Shown here: one piece after another, positions 50,786 to 63,032 of the stretch
How positions within the stretch are numbered: position 1 is the stretch's first letter
Layout: each line of letters begins with the position of its first letter
NCBI RefSeq assembly: GCF_001194135.2
Contig: NC_068981.1
Span: forward strand, 167,831,959 to 167,895,958
Direction of reading: 5' to 3'
Length of the DNA stretch: 64,000 nucleotides
From: Octopus bimaculoides
Lineage: Eukaryota
Made by a program: the position numbers and the translations under genes
Notes under the pieces: generated by a model
Seen by the model: the letters and a program-made list of their open reading frames with translations, nothing else
Databases searched by the model: none
What the model was told of the DNA's origin: nothing

Positions 50786-51556
50786 ATGTACAAATATTAA
50801 TAGCAATATTAATATTGCCTCAGACACGGTATTTTGTTTCGAATGCTAATTTAATATTATTCTTAGCAAAAGAAATGTAATGTAAATATCGCAGGCTTGT
50901 TAAAGCAGCTTTTGACTAGTGCATATTTTTAGAATTTAAGTGCACTGAGAAACAATATAAACTACTCCAGTAGATATCTAATCTAATATTCATGCATATA
51001 TACATATACACACATACATTCAATGCTGGATTGAGAATAACTGCAATGATGAAACGTACGTAGCAACTATCAATTTATACACGCCTATCTTGTGTGCTTG
51101 TATGTGTACGTATATGTGTGTAGAGAGGGACTCCATGTATGTATGTCTGTGTGTATGAGTGTTTACCTCGTTCACAGATATAGAAACGGTGACACAATTT
51201 GTAGAAGAGGTAGAAAAAATACAGTTCAATAATGTAAAGAAAATGTTTAAATGTCGCTATAACCGACCTTATATGGTATCAGTTCTTTGTGTATCCCTAA
51301 TTTGTTGTTTTAAACCTATCAAAGTAAAGCTACATTTTCTATGATAAAATACCGTTCTCTTCTCAAGAAAGAGTTCTATGGGAAACTGATTCGATAGGAC
51401 GTCGGTCTACAAACTAAACAATTTGCTGCTCATATTCTCTCAACTTGTTTTCCGTTGTTGTGACTGTAGTCAAGAAACTTAGATGTTAAGAAACCCAGTC
51501 CACTCAATTATTGATACGTTGTTATTTTTATTGTTGTTTTTACTATGGTTTTGATA

Positions 51557-51624
51557 GGCAGCGAGCTGGCAGAAACGTTAGCACGCCGGGCGAAATTCTT
51601 AGCAGTATTTCGTCTGCCTTTACG
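51557..51624 (+). mobile_element. SINE family B 5' portion, interrupted
   Basis: GGCAGCGAGCTGGCAGAAACGTTAGCACGCCGGGCGAAATTCTTAGCAGTATTTCGTC. Confidence 0.75.
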
Positions 51625-51626
51625 CT

Positions 51627-51870
51627 GTGGAGGCGCAATGTCCCAGTGGTTAGGGCAGCGGACTCGTGGTCATAGGATCGCGGTTTCGATTCCCAAACCG
51701 GTCGTTGTGAGTGTTTATTGAGCGAAAACACCTAAAGCCCCACGAGGCTCCGGCAGGGGATGGTGGCGAGCCCTGCTGTACTCTTCCACCACAACTTTCA
51801 CTCTTCCTTCCTGTTTCTGTTGTGCCTGTAATTCAAAGGGTCAGCCTTGTCACACTGTGTCACGCTGAAT
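51627..51870 (+). mobile_element. SINE family A (5' part, runs into a gap)
   Basis: GGAGGCGCAATGTCCCAGTGGTTAGGGCAGCGGAC...GGTTTCGATTCCC head plus the family A body. Confidence 0.88.
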
Positions 51871-52355
51871 NNNNNNNNNNNNNNNNNNNNNNNNNNNNNN
51901 NNNNNNNNNNNNNNNNNNNNNNNNNNNNNNNNNNNNNNNNNNNNNNNNNNNNNNNNNNNNNNNNNNNNNNNNNNNNNNNNNNNNNNNNNNNNNNNNNNNN
52001 NNNNNNNNNNNNNNNNNNNNNNNNNNNNNNNNNNNNNNNNNNNNNNNNNNNNNNNNNNNNNNNNNNNNNNNNNNNNNNNNNNNNNNNNNNNNNNNNNNNN
52101 NNNNNNNNNNNNNNNNNNNNNNNNNNNNNNNNNNNNNNNNNNNNNNNNNNNNNNNNNNNNNNNNNNNNNNNGGGGGGGGGTGAATTGCATATAATTGCAG
52201 CTTGTTTCTTTTTTTTAACTTGTAATTATGATCTCACACCTTTCTTTGAGTGTTGCATGGAGACGGTTGCTGGGCATCACTAAGCTGTCTTACTTAAATA
52301 CACTACACAAAAGTCAGAACCTTTAAGCAATGTCTCTTACTAAAGTACATCCATC

Positions 52356-52400
<45 letters not shown>

Positions 52401-53019
52401 TTTCTACGCTTTGACTCTAGCCNNNNNNNNNNCACATACACTTTCTACGCTTTGACTCTAGCCAGTTGGAGACCTACTTTGCATACACAAACACGTACAC
52501 ACACAGACACAGACTCACACAAGAACCTACTCACAAATACGCACATATTTCCAACGACTTCAACAAAACGGAAAGTGTCGTGTCCTGACATTTTATTTCA
52601 TCTAGCCAGCTGCGAATTCTGTCTATTTACCTGTCTATATACCTCCCTTTGCGTGTGATTCTTTCTCTTTTTCTTTCTACATTTTCTCCCTCTCTTTACT
52701 GAGAATCAGTACATAATGGTTTTCAAATATACAGATAAAAAACGATCAAAATAATAATAAAGAGAAAGAGAAGAAAACCATTTCAAATTAAAGCAAAGCA
52801 AATGAAACTAACAGTTGCATCTTATCTGAACAGCTTCGTGTCATAATTAAATGTTATATTTTTCCATCTAATATAAAAAGCAATTTTTCAAAAGCCTCGC
52901 TTCGTCTTTGCACAGTATTAAATCCAGCAGACATCTTGTCGTATTCTGTTTATTATTAAAGTTTGCAACTAGTTGCAGAAGCAAGTGGGAAGGGAGGGAT
53001 TTGAAATGACGATGGTGCT

Positions 53020-53410
53020 AGTAGTAGTAGGAGGAGGAGGAGGTGGAGGAGAAGCAGCAGCAGCACCAGTAGTGGTGGTGGTTGGAAGCAGTAGCAGTAG
53101 CAGCAGTAGTAGTGGTAGTAGTAGTAGTAGTAGTAGTAGTAATAGTAGTAGTGGTAGTAGTAGTAGTAGTAGTAGTAGTAGTTGCAGCAGCAGCAGCAGT
53201 AGTGGTGGCAGTGGTGGTAGTGGTGGAGGTGGAGGTGATGATTGATGGAGAGAGTACTAGTAGCAACAGCAGCAGCATTAGTAGAAGTAGTGGTAGCAGC
53301 AGCAGCAGCAGCAGCAATAGCGGCGGTGGTGGTGGTGGCTGGAGAGAACTCCAGCAGCAGCAACATTAGTAGTAGTAACATTAGTAGTAGTAGTAGCAGC
53401 AGCAGCTTTG
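53020..53410. repeat. Complex (AGT)/(GGT)/(AGC) trinucleotide mosaic
   Basis: Read directly from the sequence. All triplets stay in one register. Confidence 0.9.
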
Positions 53411-54194
53411 TTCAGTGGTTGAATTGTCTTACCTCCCACCATAGAAGCAACTGACCATTAAATCGCCAAAACTTGTTACTTCGAGCAATGTAATGTTCTT
53501 GAACCCTCATCATATCTGTTATGGATTAGATGAGCTGTTTCAGAGTTAAATGTCCTCGTTATAGACATAATGACATGGTCGAGGACACGAACTACTAAAA
53601 CTCTGATCGGTTTTTCTGTTAGGTTTAATTATTTGGCAGTTTATTTATTTTTTAAGCTGCCGGCTCTGGGAGAAGGGCAGTGCTAAAAAGCCGTCGCAGA
53701 CCCTTCTGGACCTGTGAGACGCCGTCTGCTGCAAAGACATGAACAGGGATGAAATTGTAGGGATACGACCTTCTAGAAAGGAATACCTATGCGTAGTGGC
53801 ATGTGCAGGACCTATATAGAGATTGGACGCAACAGAGATTATGTGAGCGGTGGAAAAGGCAGAATGGGGAGCAGCACACTTGATTTCAAAATAGAAGGTA
53901 AATGAAAGAGGGTGATCGTAGTGACAACGGAAGCAATAATCGTTTTGTGACAGTAGAGAACTTTAGAGAGAACGTGATGGTTGTTGTTGTTCACTCCTGT
54001 GGAAACCTAATGAAACCTTTTCTTAAAGGCGTTTCAGCCAAGGCCATCATGTTTCAGATATAGCGTATCAAAGACTACATTATACTTTTCATCTTTCAAG
54101 ACGTTATGATGTGACTTGAGAGAAATTAGGCTGCTATGTCTTGCATTTACAACGACCACGTAATGACTTTTCTCTGTCTGTCTCTCTGTCTCTC

Positions 54195-54238
<44 letters not shown>

Positions 54239-55659
54239 CTGTCTAGTGATGATAGTGTTGCTGCTGTTGTATAGAACCGGGTCAGCCGTGATCGAACGAG
54301 ACTACGCTAAAAATTGTTCCAACCGTGATCATCCACTGGCTTTCCCACCCCCAAAATAGTATATCTAGACGTACGCTTTCCAGACTAACTAATTTTATGT
54401 CAAGTTATGTCGTACTGAGGAACCCAGAACAAGGATGAAATGGTACTATATACTATTAACGGAAAGTTTAATAACGGTATTATATGGAAATAACGTATGC
54501 TCTTTTCACACTGATAATAGTTTCTCGGCACAGAATAAAATAAAGAAACTTAGAACCGATTTCACTCCCTTAAGTAGAGCTCTTTCTCTCCATCGCTATA
54601 AGTAGCAGTTCCCAGTGAGCTAACCATGTATACACACACATATTGCATTGTATTGTATTGTGTTGTATAATTAAATGTTTCTGCTTACAAATTACACACA
54701 AACTAGGAAGAACTCAATATCTACAGAAGAGTAAATTTGTTATGAATGTTAACTTTCGCATCTCTGTACTCCGATTTTCATGCTCGAAGCCAAATATATG
54801 GAGGTAGTTGCTGATGAGAGCTCTGATATGGATGAATGATATAATAGGAAACTCTCAGTGTATGTATGTGTGTGATTGTGCGTGTGTGTATGTGTGTGTG
54901 TATATCTGTGTGTTGTCTGTGCGTGTGTGTGTGTGTGTGCGTATGTGTGTGTTTGAATATCTATGTAGGTAGGTAGGTAGGTAAGTATATTTATGTAAGA
55001 ATATGCACACATACATAAATACACACGTGTTCAGAGAAATATAGACTTGTATATAGAATATAGACGTTCTAAAAATAATGAACAACTATGTGAGGAAAGC
55101 GGAAAGCGTAGTAGTGTTATAGTCTGAACGTAGTTTTGATATGAAACGTTTTATAATAGTAGAGCTGCTGTTTACTTCGACAGTTTAGCCTTGAAAACAT
55201 CTTTGAAAGAAGTCGTTGACTTTTGTTTCACGACAATCCTCCCGTAGTTGCAGTCACTGTTTATTGTAATTACTTTTGTTGTTGTACACGTATATGTTAC
55301 TGCTATTGTCGTCGTCGTCGTCGTAAAGTGATAACGCAATGAAACTTATCACGATTAAGCCTTGGATTATTTTTATTAGCCCAACCGATGTGGAAGCTGA
55401 GAGCGTGTGACATTCCGATCACGATTACCTGCAAGTTGTTGTTGTTCGTGACGAAAGAGGTAACGGCGAGAAAGTAGGTGTATATCAACTGTTCTGACAC
55501 GTTGTGTATGTTGAGAAAACACTATTCAAATGAACAACACTATTAAAAGTGAAATACAATTAGATTATACTATTCTCTTTTGTAAATGTCAAATATAGAT
55601 GATATATCAAGCTGATGCATAATATTACAGTAGTTTTAACGACTCTGCCTTATAGCCAA

Positions 55660-55812
55660 GAATGGCTGTGTGTTTTAGAAGCGTGCTCCAGCCATGTGGT
55701 CTTGGATTCAATCTCACTGAGCGGCACCTTCGACAACTGTCTTCTATGGCCTCAGGGTGATCAAAGCCTTGTGAGCGAATTTGCCAGACGGAATTTGATA
55801 GAGACCCGTCAT
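55660..55812 (+). mobile_element. SINE family C
   Basis: TGGCTGTGTG...GGATTCAATC...GGCACCTTCGACAACTGTCTTCTATGG...AAAGCCTTGTGAGCGAATTTG...GACGGAA, then (TA)(CA)n. Confidence 0.7.
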
Positions 55813-56314
55813 ATATATATAAATATGTACACACACACACACACACACANNNNNNNNNNNNNNNNNNNNNNNNNNNNNNNNNNNNNNNNNNNNNNNNNNN
55901 NNNNNNNNNNNNNNNNNNNNNNNNNNNNNNNNNNNNNNNNNNNNNNNNNNNNNNNNNNNNNNNNNNNNNNNNNNNNNNNNNNNNNNNNNNNNNNNNNNNN
56001 NNNNNNNNNNNNNNNNNNNNNNNNNNNNNNNNNNNNNNNNNNNNNNNNNNNNNNNNNNNNNNNNNNNNNNNNNNNNNNNNNNNNNNNNNNNNNNNNNNNN
56101 NNNNNNNNNNNNNNNNNNNNNNNNNNNNNNNNNNNNNNNNNNNNNNNNNNNNNNNNNNNNNNNNNNNNNNNNNNNNNNNNNNNNNNNNNNNNNNNNNNNN
56201 NNNNNNNNNNNNNNNNNNNNNNNNNNNNNNNNNNNNNNNNNNNNNNNNNNNNNNNNNNNNNNNNNNNNNNNNNNNNNNNNNNNNNNNNNNNNNNNNATAT
56301 ATATATATATATAA

Positions 56315-56850
56315 GGTTAGAGAATTAAGGTTAAGAAAATGTGTGTTAAACACAGTATCGAAATTTTATTTCAGGGTAAGTCTCAGGTCGTGTGTCTGCG
56401 GAGCATGTTTACCACTTATGGCTACCAGGCATCATCAGTGATACTTAGCAAACATCGTTGTAATAATTCCAGGAATTCCAAGATGGGCGTTAGGTATATA
56501 TTAAAGATAAAAAGAGAAGACGGAATATACCAACAAAAACATTTATATTACAACAACAATTGTTCCATCTTCAAGATACACTGCTCCCTTGTGGTCGTAG
56601 AACGATGCAATAACACCAAATGCAATGCACATTGCAAAGAAGAGTCCTCATGTGGGATAATAAGGTTTTTAGCTGGGAGATTTACATTGTCTGCGTGTAT
56701 AAGTTCTCTGTTTATTTTTTCTTATTCCTTTCTGTTGAAGAGCGTAGGCTCGAAACGTAAAAGACTTGTTCATTTTCCCGAGCGTCAAACTAATACATCT
56801 GCTCGTTGTTCATACACCTGTCTTCGTCTTTTGTTTTTTCTTTATAAATT
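56315..56850 (+). mobile_element. Penelope-like element 3' remnant (GIY-YIG C-terminus-like plus pLTR with hammerhead-like motif)
   Basis: The translation ...LSKHRCNNSRNSK...KIKREDGIYQQKHLY weakly resembles a PLE GIY-YIG tail. It is followed by a ~145-bp segment repeated at 61446-61600. Confidence 0.45.
56728..56763 (+). ncRNA. Minimal type I hammerhead-like motif (CUGUUGA variant)
   Basis: CTTT-CTGTTGA-A-GAGC gtag GCTC-GAA-ACGT-A-AAAG. Stems I and II pair, stem III is the palindrome ACGT and the triplet is GUA. Confidence 0.5.
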
Positions 56851-56934
56851 TCAATCACATGCAAGTGTGCGCGCGCGAGCGTGTGTGTTTGTGTACTTGT
56901 GTGTTTGTGTACTTGTGTGTTTGTGTCTGTGTTT

Positions 56935-57135
56935 ATACCCCCACATTCGCTTGACAACCGATGTTGGTGTGTTTGCATCCCCGTACTTAGCCAATTCGAC
57001 GAAAGTGACCGATAGAACAAGTACTGGGATTACAAACAATAAGTCCTGGGGTTGATTTGTTCGACTAAAAAGCCCTTAAGGTGGTGCTCCAGTATGGCCG
57101 CAGTCAAATGACTGAACCAAGTAAAAGAATAAAAG
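56935..57135 (+). mobile_element. Family D repeat (3' part of composite SINE)
   Basis: CGCTTGACAACCGATGTTGG...CCGATAGAACAAGTACT...AAGTCCTGGGG...GGTGCTCCAGTATGGCCGCAGTCAAATGACTGAA.CAAGTAAAAG. Confidence 0.8.
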
Positions 57136-57154
57136 AATATATATGTGTATGTAG

Positions 57155-57194
<40 letters not shown>

Positions 57195-57196
<2 letters not shown>

Positions 57197-57352
57197 GCTT
57201 CTTTTAGTTTCCGTGTACCAAATCCACTCACAAGGCTTTGGTCGGTCTAAAGATATAGCAGAAGACACTTGTCAAGGTCTCACACAATGGGAATGAACCC
57301 GGAATCATGGGTTGGGAAGCGTACCTCTTACCATTCAGCTACATCTGCACTT
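57195..57352 (-). mobile_element. SINE family C
   Basis: CCAAATCCACTCACAAGGCTTTGGTCGG...AGAAGACACTTG.CAAGG...TGAACCCGGAATCATG.GTTGGGAAGC. Confidence 0.8.
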
Positions 57353-57519
57353 ATGTGTGTCTGGGGGGAGGGGTGATTTCCCTGCTTTATTAACTTTTTT
57401 TCTTAAAACTCATAATTTTTTTTCAATTCAGACTTTTTCACATAAACCTATTTTAAGTTGTGCAGCTAATTTGAATCTCGTGATTCAACACTCTTCATTG
57501 TCCGCTGATGAAAATTATG

Positions 57520-57544
57520 ATGATGGTGATGATGATGATGGTAA

Positions 57545-57606
<62 letters not shown>

Positions 57607-57713
57607 GTGACAACTAACTTTATTACTTCATAACATTCATTTATAGGAATTTTCAATCTATTGTCCAATATTCTCTATTAAGTGATGAGAAGGAGGAGGA
57701 GGAGAAAGAGAGT

Positions 57714-57748
<35 letters not shown>
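57520..57748. repeat. (GAT)/(GAC)n microsatellites
   Basis: Read directly from the sequence. Confidence 0.9.
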
Positions 57749-58009
57749 ACTGAAAAACTTCTAATTCACTAACTCTAGTATTGTTTTCTCTCTAATTTAT
57801 TTATTGATTGGTTATTGATTTTTATTTTTATTTTACTTCCTTTCATTTTTCTCATTTCAATATGGCCATCTATTTTTCTGTTTTTGTCTTTTGTTTACTT
57901 TGTCTACATTACTTACTCCCCTCACACCGGTCTCTTCTCACCTTTTCTTAATAGTTGTCTCCTTTCAATGACCTTGACAGGTCTGTCTGGCTGTCTGTCT
58001 GTCTCTCTT

Positions 58010-58089
<80 letters not shown>

Positions 58090-59777
58090 TTTTTATCTCA
58101 AGCAATTATCTCTTTACCTATCTCGAGGCCAATCATTTTAGTTACATCTTCAGTATTACTATTTGTTTGCGTTCCATGCATATTTTACATTCCTAAGTAA
58201 TACATAATGTTTCATAACTATTAATCAACCATTTCACTGACAATCCTTACAAATAACCACAAAGCTACTCCTATTTATTGCTTGCTGTGTCACAGTTGTT
58301 TCTGCTGTATTTGTAACAAACGCCATCAAATACGAAAGATGACTTTTAATTTTTTTTTTTTACACAGAGATAACACTGATATCTTATTTCTCCGAAATAG
58401 TCGGAGGTTCGATGTTAGTTGATCTCCTACTATTGTTCTCTCTTTCATCGCTCTCTCTTTCTACTATTGTTCTCTCTTTCATTTCTTTCATCGCGATTAC
58501 TTCCGTTGAAAAAGAGGTGACACGGAAACACAGCGATCTTTGATTTCCCGCTAGTTTGTTGTAGTATCCCCTACAAGCTCATAAAATTCGATTAGATTTC
58601 AACTACTACTCTTAGTTGTTATTGTTTTTTAGGGAGAAGGCAGACTAGATTATTTTCTGTATGTGACTTCTATTTATTTCATGAATACTCTATTCATCTT
58701 TCATATTTCCAAACGAATAAAAACTGCAACTGACCTCGGTGGAATTTGAACTCAGAGCGTAGCAGGACATAATTAGATACTGCAAGACTGACATTGCAGT
58801 GATTATGCCGAGTTACCGCCTACTCCTTTATCTTATAAATAATAATATATATATATATATANNNNNNNNNNNNNNNNNNNNNNNNNNNNNNNNNNNNNNN
58901 NNNNNNNNNNNNNNNNNNNNNNNNNNNNNNNNNNNNNNNNNNNNNNNNNNNNNNNNNNNNNNNNNNNNNNNNNNNNNNNNNNNNNNNNNNNNNNNNNNNN
59001 NNNNNNNNNNNNNNNNNNNNNNNNNNNNNNNNNNNNNNNNNNNNNNNNNNNNNNNNNNNNNNNNNNNNNNNNNNNNNNNNNNNNNNNNNTATATATACAC
59101 ATACATACATACAGAGAGAGAGAGAGAGAGAGGTAAGGTTATGATATAATTGCTGGCAAAATTTAGTATCGAAATCAAGTATATTTCTATTTTGTAACAT
59201 CGAAACAGTTTTTATTTCTTTTCTTTTATAAGACACAAAGAGGTCAGTATATGAGTTCATAATCGATTGTATCGATCCAACTACATCAGCATTACTTATT
59301 TCATCGTCTTTGATCGGATAATAAAAGTTAAAGGTCGACTTTAGATGGATTTGAACTCGAAAGATTAGAAAGGTCCAAACTAAATATTGTATGTTATTTA
59401 ATTCGTTACCCTGCCATTCCTGTTAATTTGCGGCATTATAATACCATATAAAGTTGATGTATAACTTTTGTCGACAGTTACAAATTGTTAGCGGGAAGGA
59501 GTTATTTTTCCATTGAAGTCAAGTATATATTTTATAGAAACTCCTACCTCCGAGCAATAAATACAATGTGGATTTGGACTCAGAACATAAAACGGACGCC
59601 ATTAAATACGGCAATCTGACAGTGCAGACTATTCTTCTTAGAGTTAGTTATATCGCGTTTAAACGCGATATAATTAAGTCTTAGTACTTTTCTAATTCAT
59701 GTATATAATGTAATTCTGTTTATTTCTGTTCAAAACTGTAAACTATCAAATCCACCTTTAATATATAAAGTAATTGA

Positions 59778-59985
59778 AGCGGCGAGCTGGCAAAATCATT
59801 AGTACGTCCGGTAAGATGTTTAGCGGCATTTCGTCCGTTTGTACGTTCTGAGTCCAAATTCCACCGAGGTTGACTTTGCCGTTCATCCCTCGGAGTCGAT
59901 AAAATAAGTACCACTGGGGTCGATGCAATCAATTTACCCTCTGCCCTGAAATTTCTGGCCTTGTGCCAAAATTTGAAACTAATAC
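59778..59985 (+). mobile_element. SINE family B, near full length
   Basis: GCGGCGAGCTGGCAAAATC...GTTCTGAGTCCAAATTCCACCGAGGTTGACTTTGCC.TTCATCCCTCGGAGTCGATAAAATAAGTACC...TTCTGGCCTTGTGCCAAAATTTGAAAC. Confidence 0.82.
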
Positions 59986-60647
59986 ATAGAGTATATGCAA
60001 GAGTAAAAGTGCGTCGCTTCGTCTCCTTAAGGAAGGCTTCATTTCGCGTTCTTCCACGTTCCTCCACGTTCCTCCACGTTACTCAACTGTAGTGACGACA
60101 TGAGCCAGCTGTTGCTGCTGCTGCCGTCTCTCCTTCCAGCTGTCACATCACAGATGCGCTGCTGAGGTTGTGTAGCACCTAAAGCGATTAGCAAAAGCAT
60201 GACACATGTTACTAAGCGACATTCGCCCTCGAGTGACAAGTTAACCGTACTATAATGCGAGCGTGATGAAGTATGTCAAGACAGACTAAATATAATTGTG
60301 ATACCACACTCTGCACTAAGATCATATGTGAATCGAAAAGTTAGTCTGCTTTCGGAGTATTTCGCTGCTTTGTTGTTTTGCCAGAAAGTTGTCAATTAAT
60401 TCACAATGATTGTCTATTCATATGTTGTTCAATCGCTACATAGCTGTACTAAAGGGGATGAAGAAGTGGGATACTTTGAAATTGACGATTAATTAGACCG
60501 AACTGGAGCTGAGTTATTCATACAGAGTATTATACAGCTCTTACCTAACACCTTATTGTTTTCTTAACCATCACCTTTGCGTAGTGTTTATTTCCAGTGT
60601 TGAAAACACTGTAATTTACAATTCACCATTTATTATATAAAATATAG

Positions 60648-60815
60648 GTGCAAGCGTGACTGTGCAGTTAAGAAGCTCGCTTTTGCAACCACGTTGTTTT
60701 GGGTGCAATCCCGCTGCGCGGTAGTTTGGGCAGGTGTCTTCCACAAAAAGCCCCGAACCAACAGATGCTTTGTGAGTGAATTTGTAACGTAGAGACTGAG
60801 AGAAAGCCCATCGTG
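60648..60815 (+). mobile_element. SINE family C
   Basis: GCGTGACTGTGCAGTTAAGAAGCTCGC...TTTGGGCAGGTGTCTTC...TTGTGAGTGAATTTG...AGAAAGCCCATCG, then (TA)n. Confidence 0.7.
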
Positions 60816-60816
60816 C

Positions 60817-60858
<42 letters not shown>

Positions 60859-61445
60859 TATGATATAATCTAATATTATATTGTATTATATTATATTATA
60901 TATNNNNNNNNNNNNNNNNNNNNNNNNNNNNNNNNNNNNNNNNNNNNNNNNNNNNNNNNNNNNNNNNNNNNNNNNNNNNNNNNNNNNNNNNNNNNNNNNN
61001 NNNNNNNNNNNNNNNNNNNNNNNNNNNNNNNNNNNNNNNNNNNNNNNNNNNNNNNNNNNNNNNNNNNNNNNNNNNNNNNNNNNNNNNNNNNNNNNNNNNN
61101 NNNNNNNNNNNNNNNNNNNNNNNNNNNNNNNNNNNNNNNNNNNNNNNNNNNNNNNNNNNNNNNNNNNNNNNNNNNNNNNNNNNNNNNNNNNNNNNNNNNN
61201 NNNNNNNNNNNNNNNNNNNNNNNNNNNNNNNNNNNNNNNNNNNNNNNNNNNNNNNNNNNNNNNNNNNNNNNNNNNNNNNNNNNNNNNNNNNNNNNNNNNN
61301 NNNNNNNNNNNNNNNNNNNNNNNNNNNNNNNNNNNNNNNNNNNNNNNNNNNNNNNNNNNNNNNNNNNNNNNNNNNNNNNNNNNNNNNNATATATATACAT
61401 ATATATATGATTGATCGCTAGCCACTAACCCTTTTTTAAATTTTT

Positions 61446-61600
61446 TGTTTCTGTTTATTTCTGTGTTCCTTTCTGTTGAAGAGCGTAGGCTCGAAACATA
61501 AAAGACTTTCTCACTTCCTGAGCGTTAAACTAATACATCTGTTTGTTGTTTACACACCCGTCTTCGTCTTTTGTTTTGTTCATTTTTTTATAAATTCCAA
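61446..61600 (+). mobile_element. Solo pLTR-like repeat with hammerhead-like motif (61469-61504), between (TA)n tracts
   Basis: Strongly similar to 56706-56850. It carries CTTT-CTGTTGAAGAGCGTAGGCTCGAAACATA-AAAG, with G>A in stem III. Confidence 0.65.
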
Positions 61601-61724
61601 CTATATATATATATTATGTAATTTAATAAATATATATAAACACACACACACATATATATAAAATTATATCATATACGCTCATATGTATGTATGTATGTAT
61701 GTATGTATGTGTGTAAGTGTATGT

Positions 61725-61890
61725 GCTTGTTTGTTTACATCCTTGTAACTTAGTGGATCAGCAAAAGAAACCGATAGAATATGTACCAAACTTTAAAAAG
61801 ATATAAGTGTCAGGGTCGAGTAGTTCGACTAACTTCTTCAAGGCGTAGTCCCAGCATAGCTGCAATCCAATGACTGGAATGAATAATAGA
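61725..61890 (+). mobile_element. Family D repeat, degenerate
   Basis: GTTTACATCCTTGTAACTTAG...CCGATAGAAT...GGGTCGA...CCCAGCATAGCTGCAATCCAATGACTG. Confidence 0.7.
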
Positions 61891-62983
61891 TAAATTATAA
61901 AACATTTCGAAAAATAAAGAGTAAAGGCGTGCAGTTTAATGGTGAAGTTGTTCGGCTGAAGAACATAAGACCGCCGACTGAATACCTAGAACGAGCGTTA
62001 CATTGTGTCCTTAAGCAAGGCAATTCATTACTCGGTATTCCAGTTTGCTCAACTATAAGTACCATCCTGCTGCTGATGTAGTTCTCTCTTCTCCCATATC
62101 ATAGATGCACCGCTGAATCATTAGTGCGAAGTCCGAGAGGTTGTATGCGTCAGCAACTTTTTGTTATATATATTTGTGTGCAATCTATTTGAACCCACAA
62201 GCAGTTATTCATGTATTCCATAGGCCCAGATCAACCATTACGAGGCGGATATGTGATCAGAGATATTCCAATAATGATTGGCTGTCTTTTTGCATGCATT
62301 GTGCATCTAGCGTATCCTCTCCTTTAAGACGACAAGGAGTGACGCTAGCTTTTTAGGATAAACGTTTTATAATATAAAGTTTGCCTTTAAAGTTTTAAAA
62401 TTGTTATCTTCTTAATGCTGCTATTAGTTGCTAGCATTTGCTTCCTGTTCTCTCTCCCGCATTTTTCTTGAAAGCTATAACTAATAAATAAATAAATAAA
62501 ATACTAAGTGGAACGCATATTTCGTCTGGTGTATGAATAATTGACATTTTGATTAAACATCAGATGAACTAAATGAAAAATGCATAAGAAATTTGTAGCT
62601 TTTATTCTTCAGAGAATTAAAATCTACATTGGAGAAAGCCAGCTGTATTATAAATAGGATATCAATGCTAATTATATTGGAATTATTTTCTTAAGATTTT
62701 TATTATTATTTTTGTTATTGATGCTTGCCTAGGTTAGACAACTGACTATAATGAGAAAACTAAACATATAATTTCTTGCTGATCGCGAATTTCAAACCTA
62801 AATTGCTGGGATTTATGCTACAACTCGGTTTATGAAAATATTGCATAATGTCCTCTCTGCAGAAAGAAAGTAATAATGTTAAAGATGTATTATCAGAATA
62901 ATAAGCGAAATAAGGCTTCTCCGTACAAAGGGGCTATACTTAATTGGAAAATACTTTCAGCGGCCATGTTGATTTATTATAAC

Positions 62984-63032
<49 letters not shown>

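Noticed and set aside
52392-52463. 31-bp direct repeat on either side of a 10-N gap
   Set aside because: This is typical unmerged contig overlap and most likely an assembly artefact.
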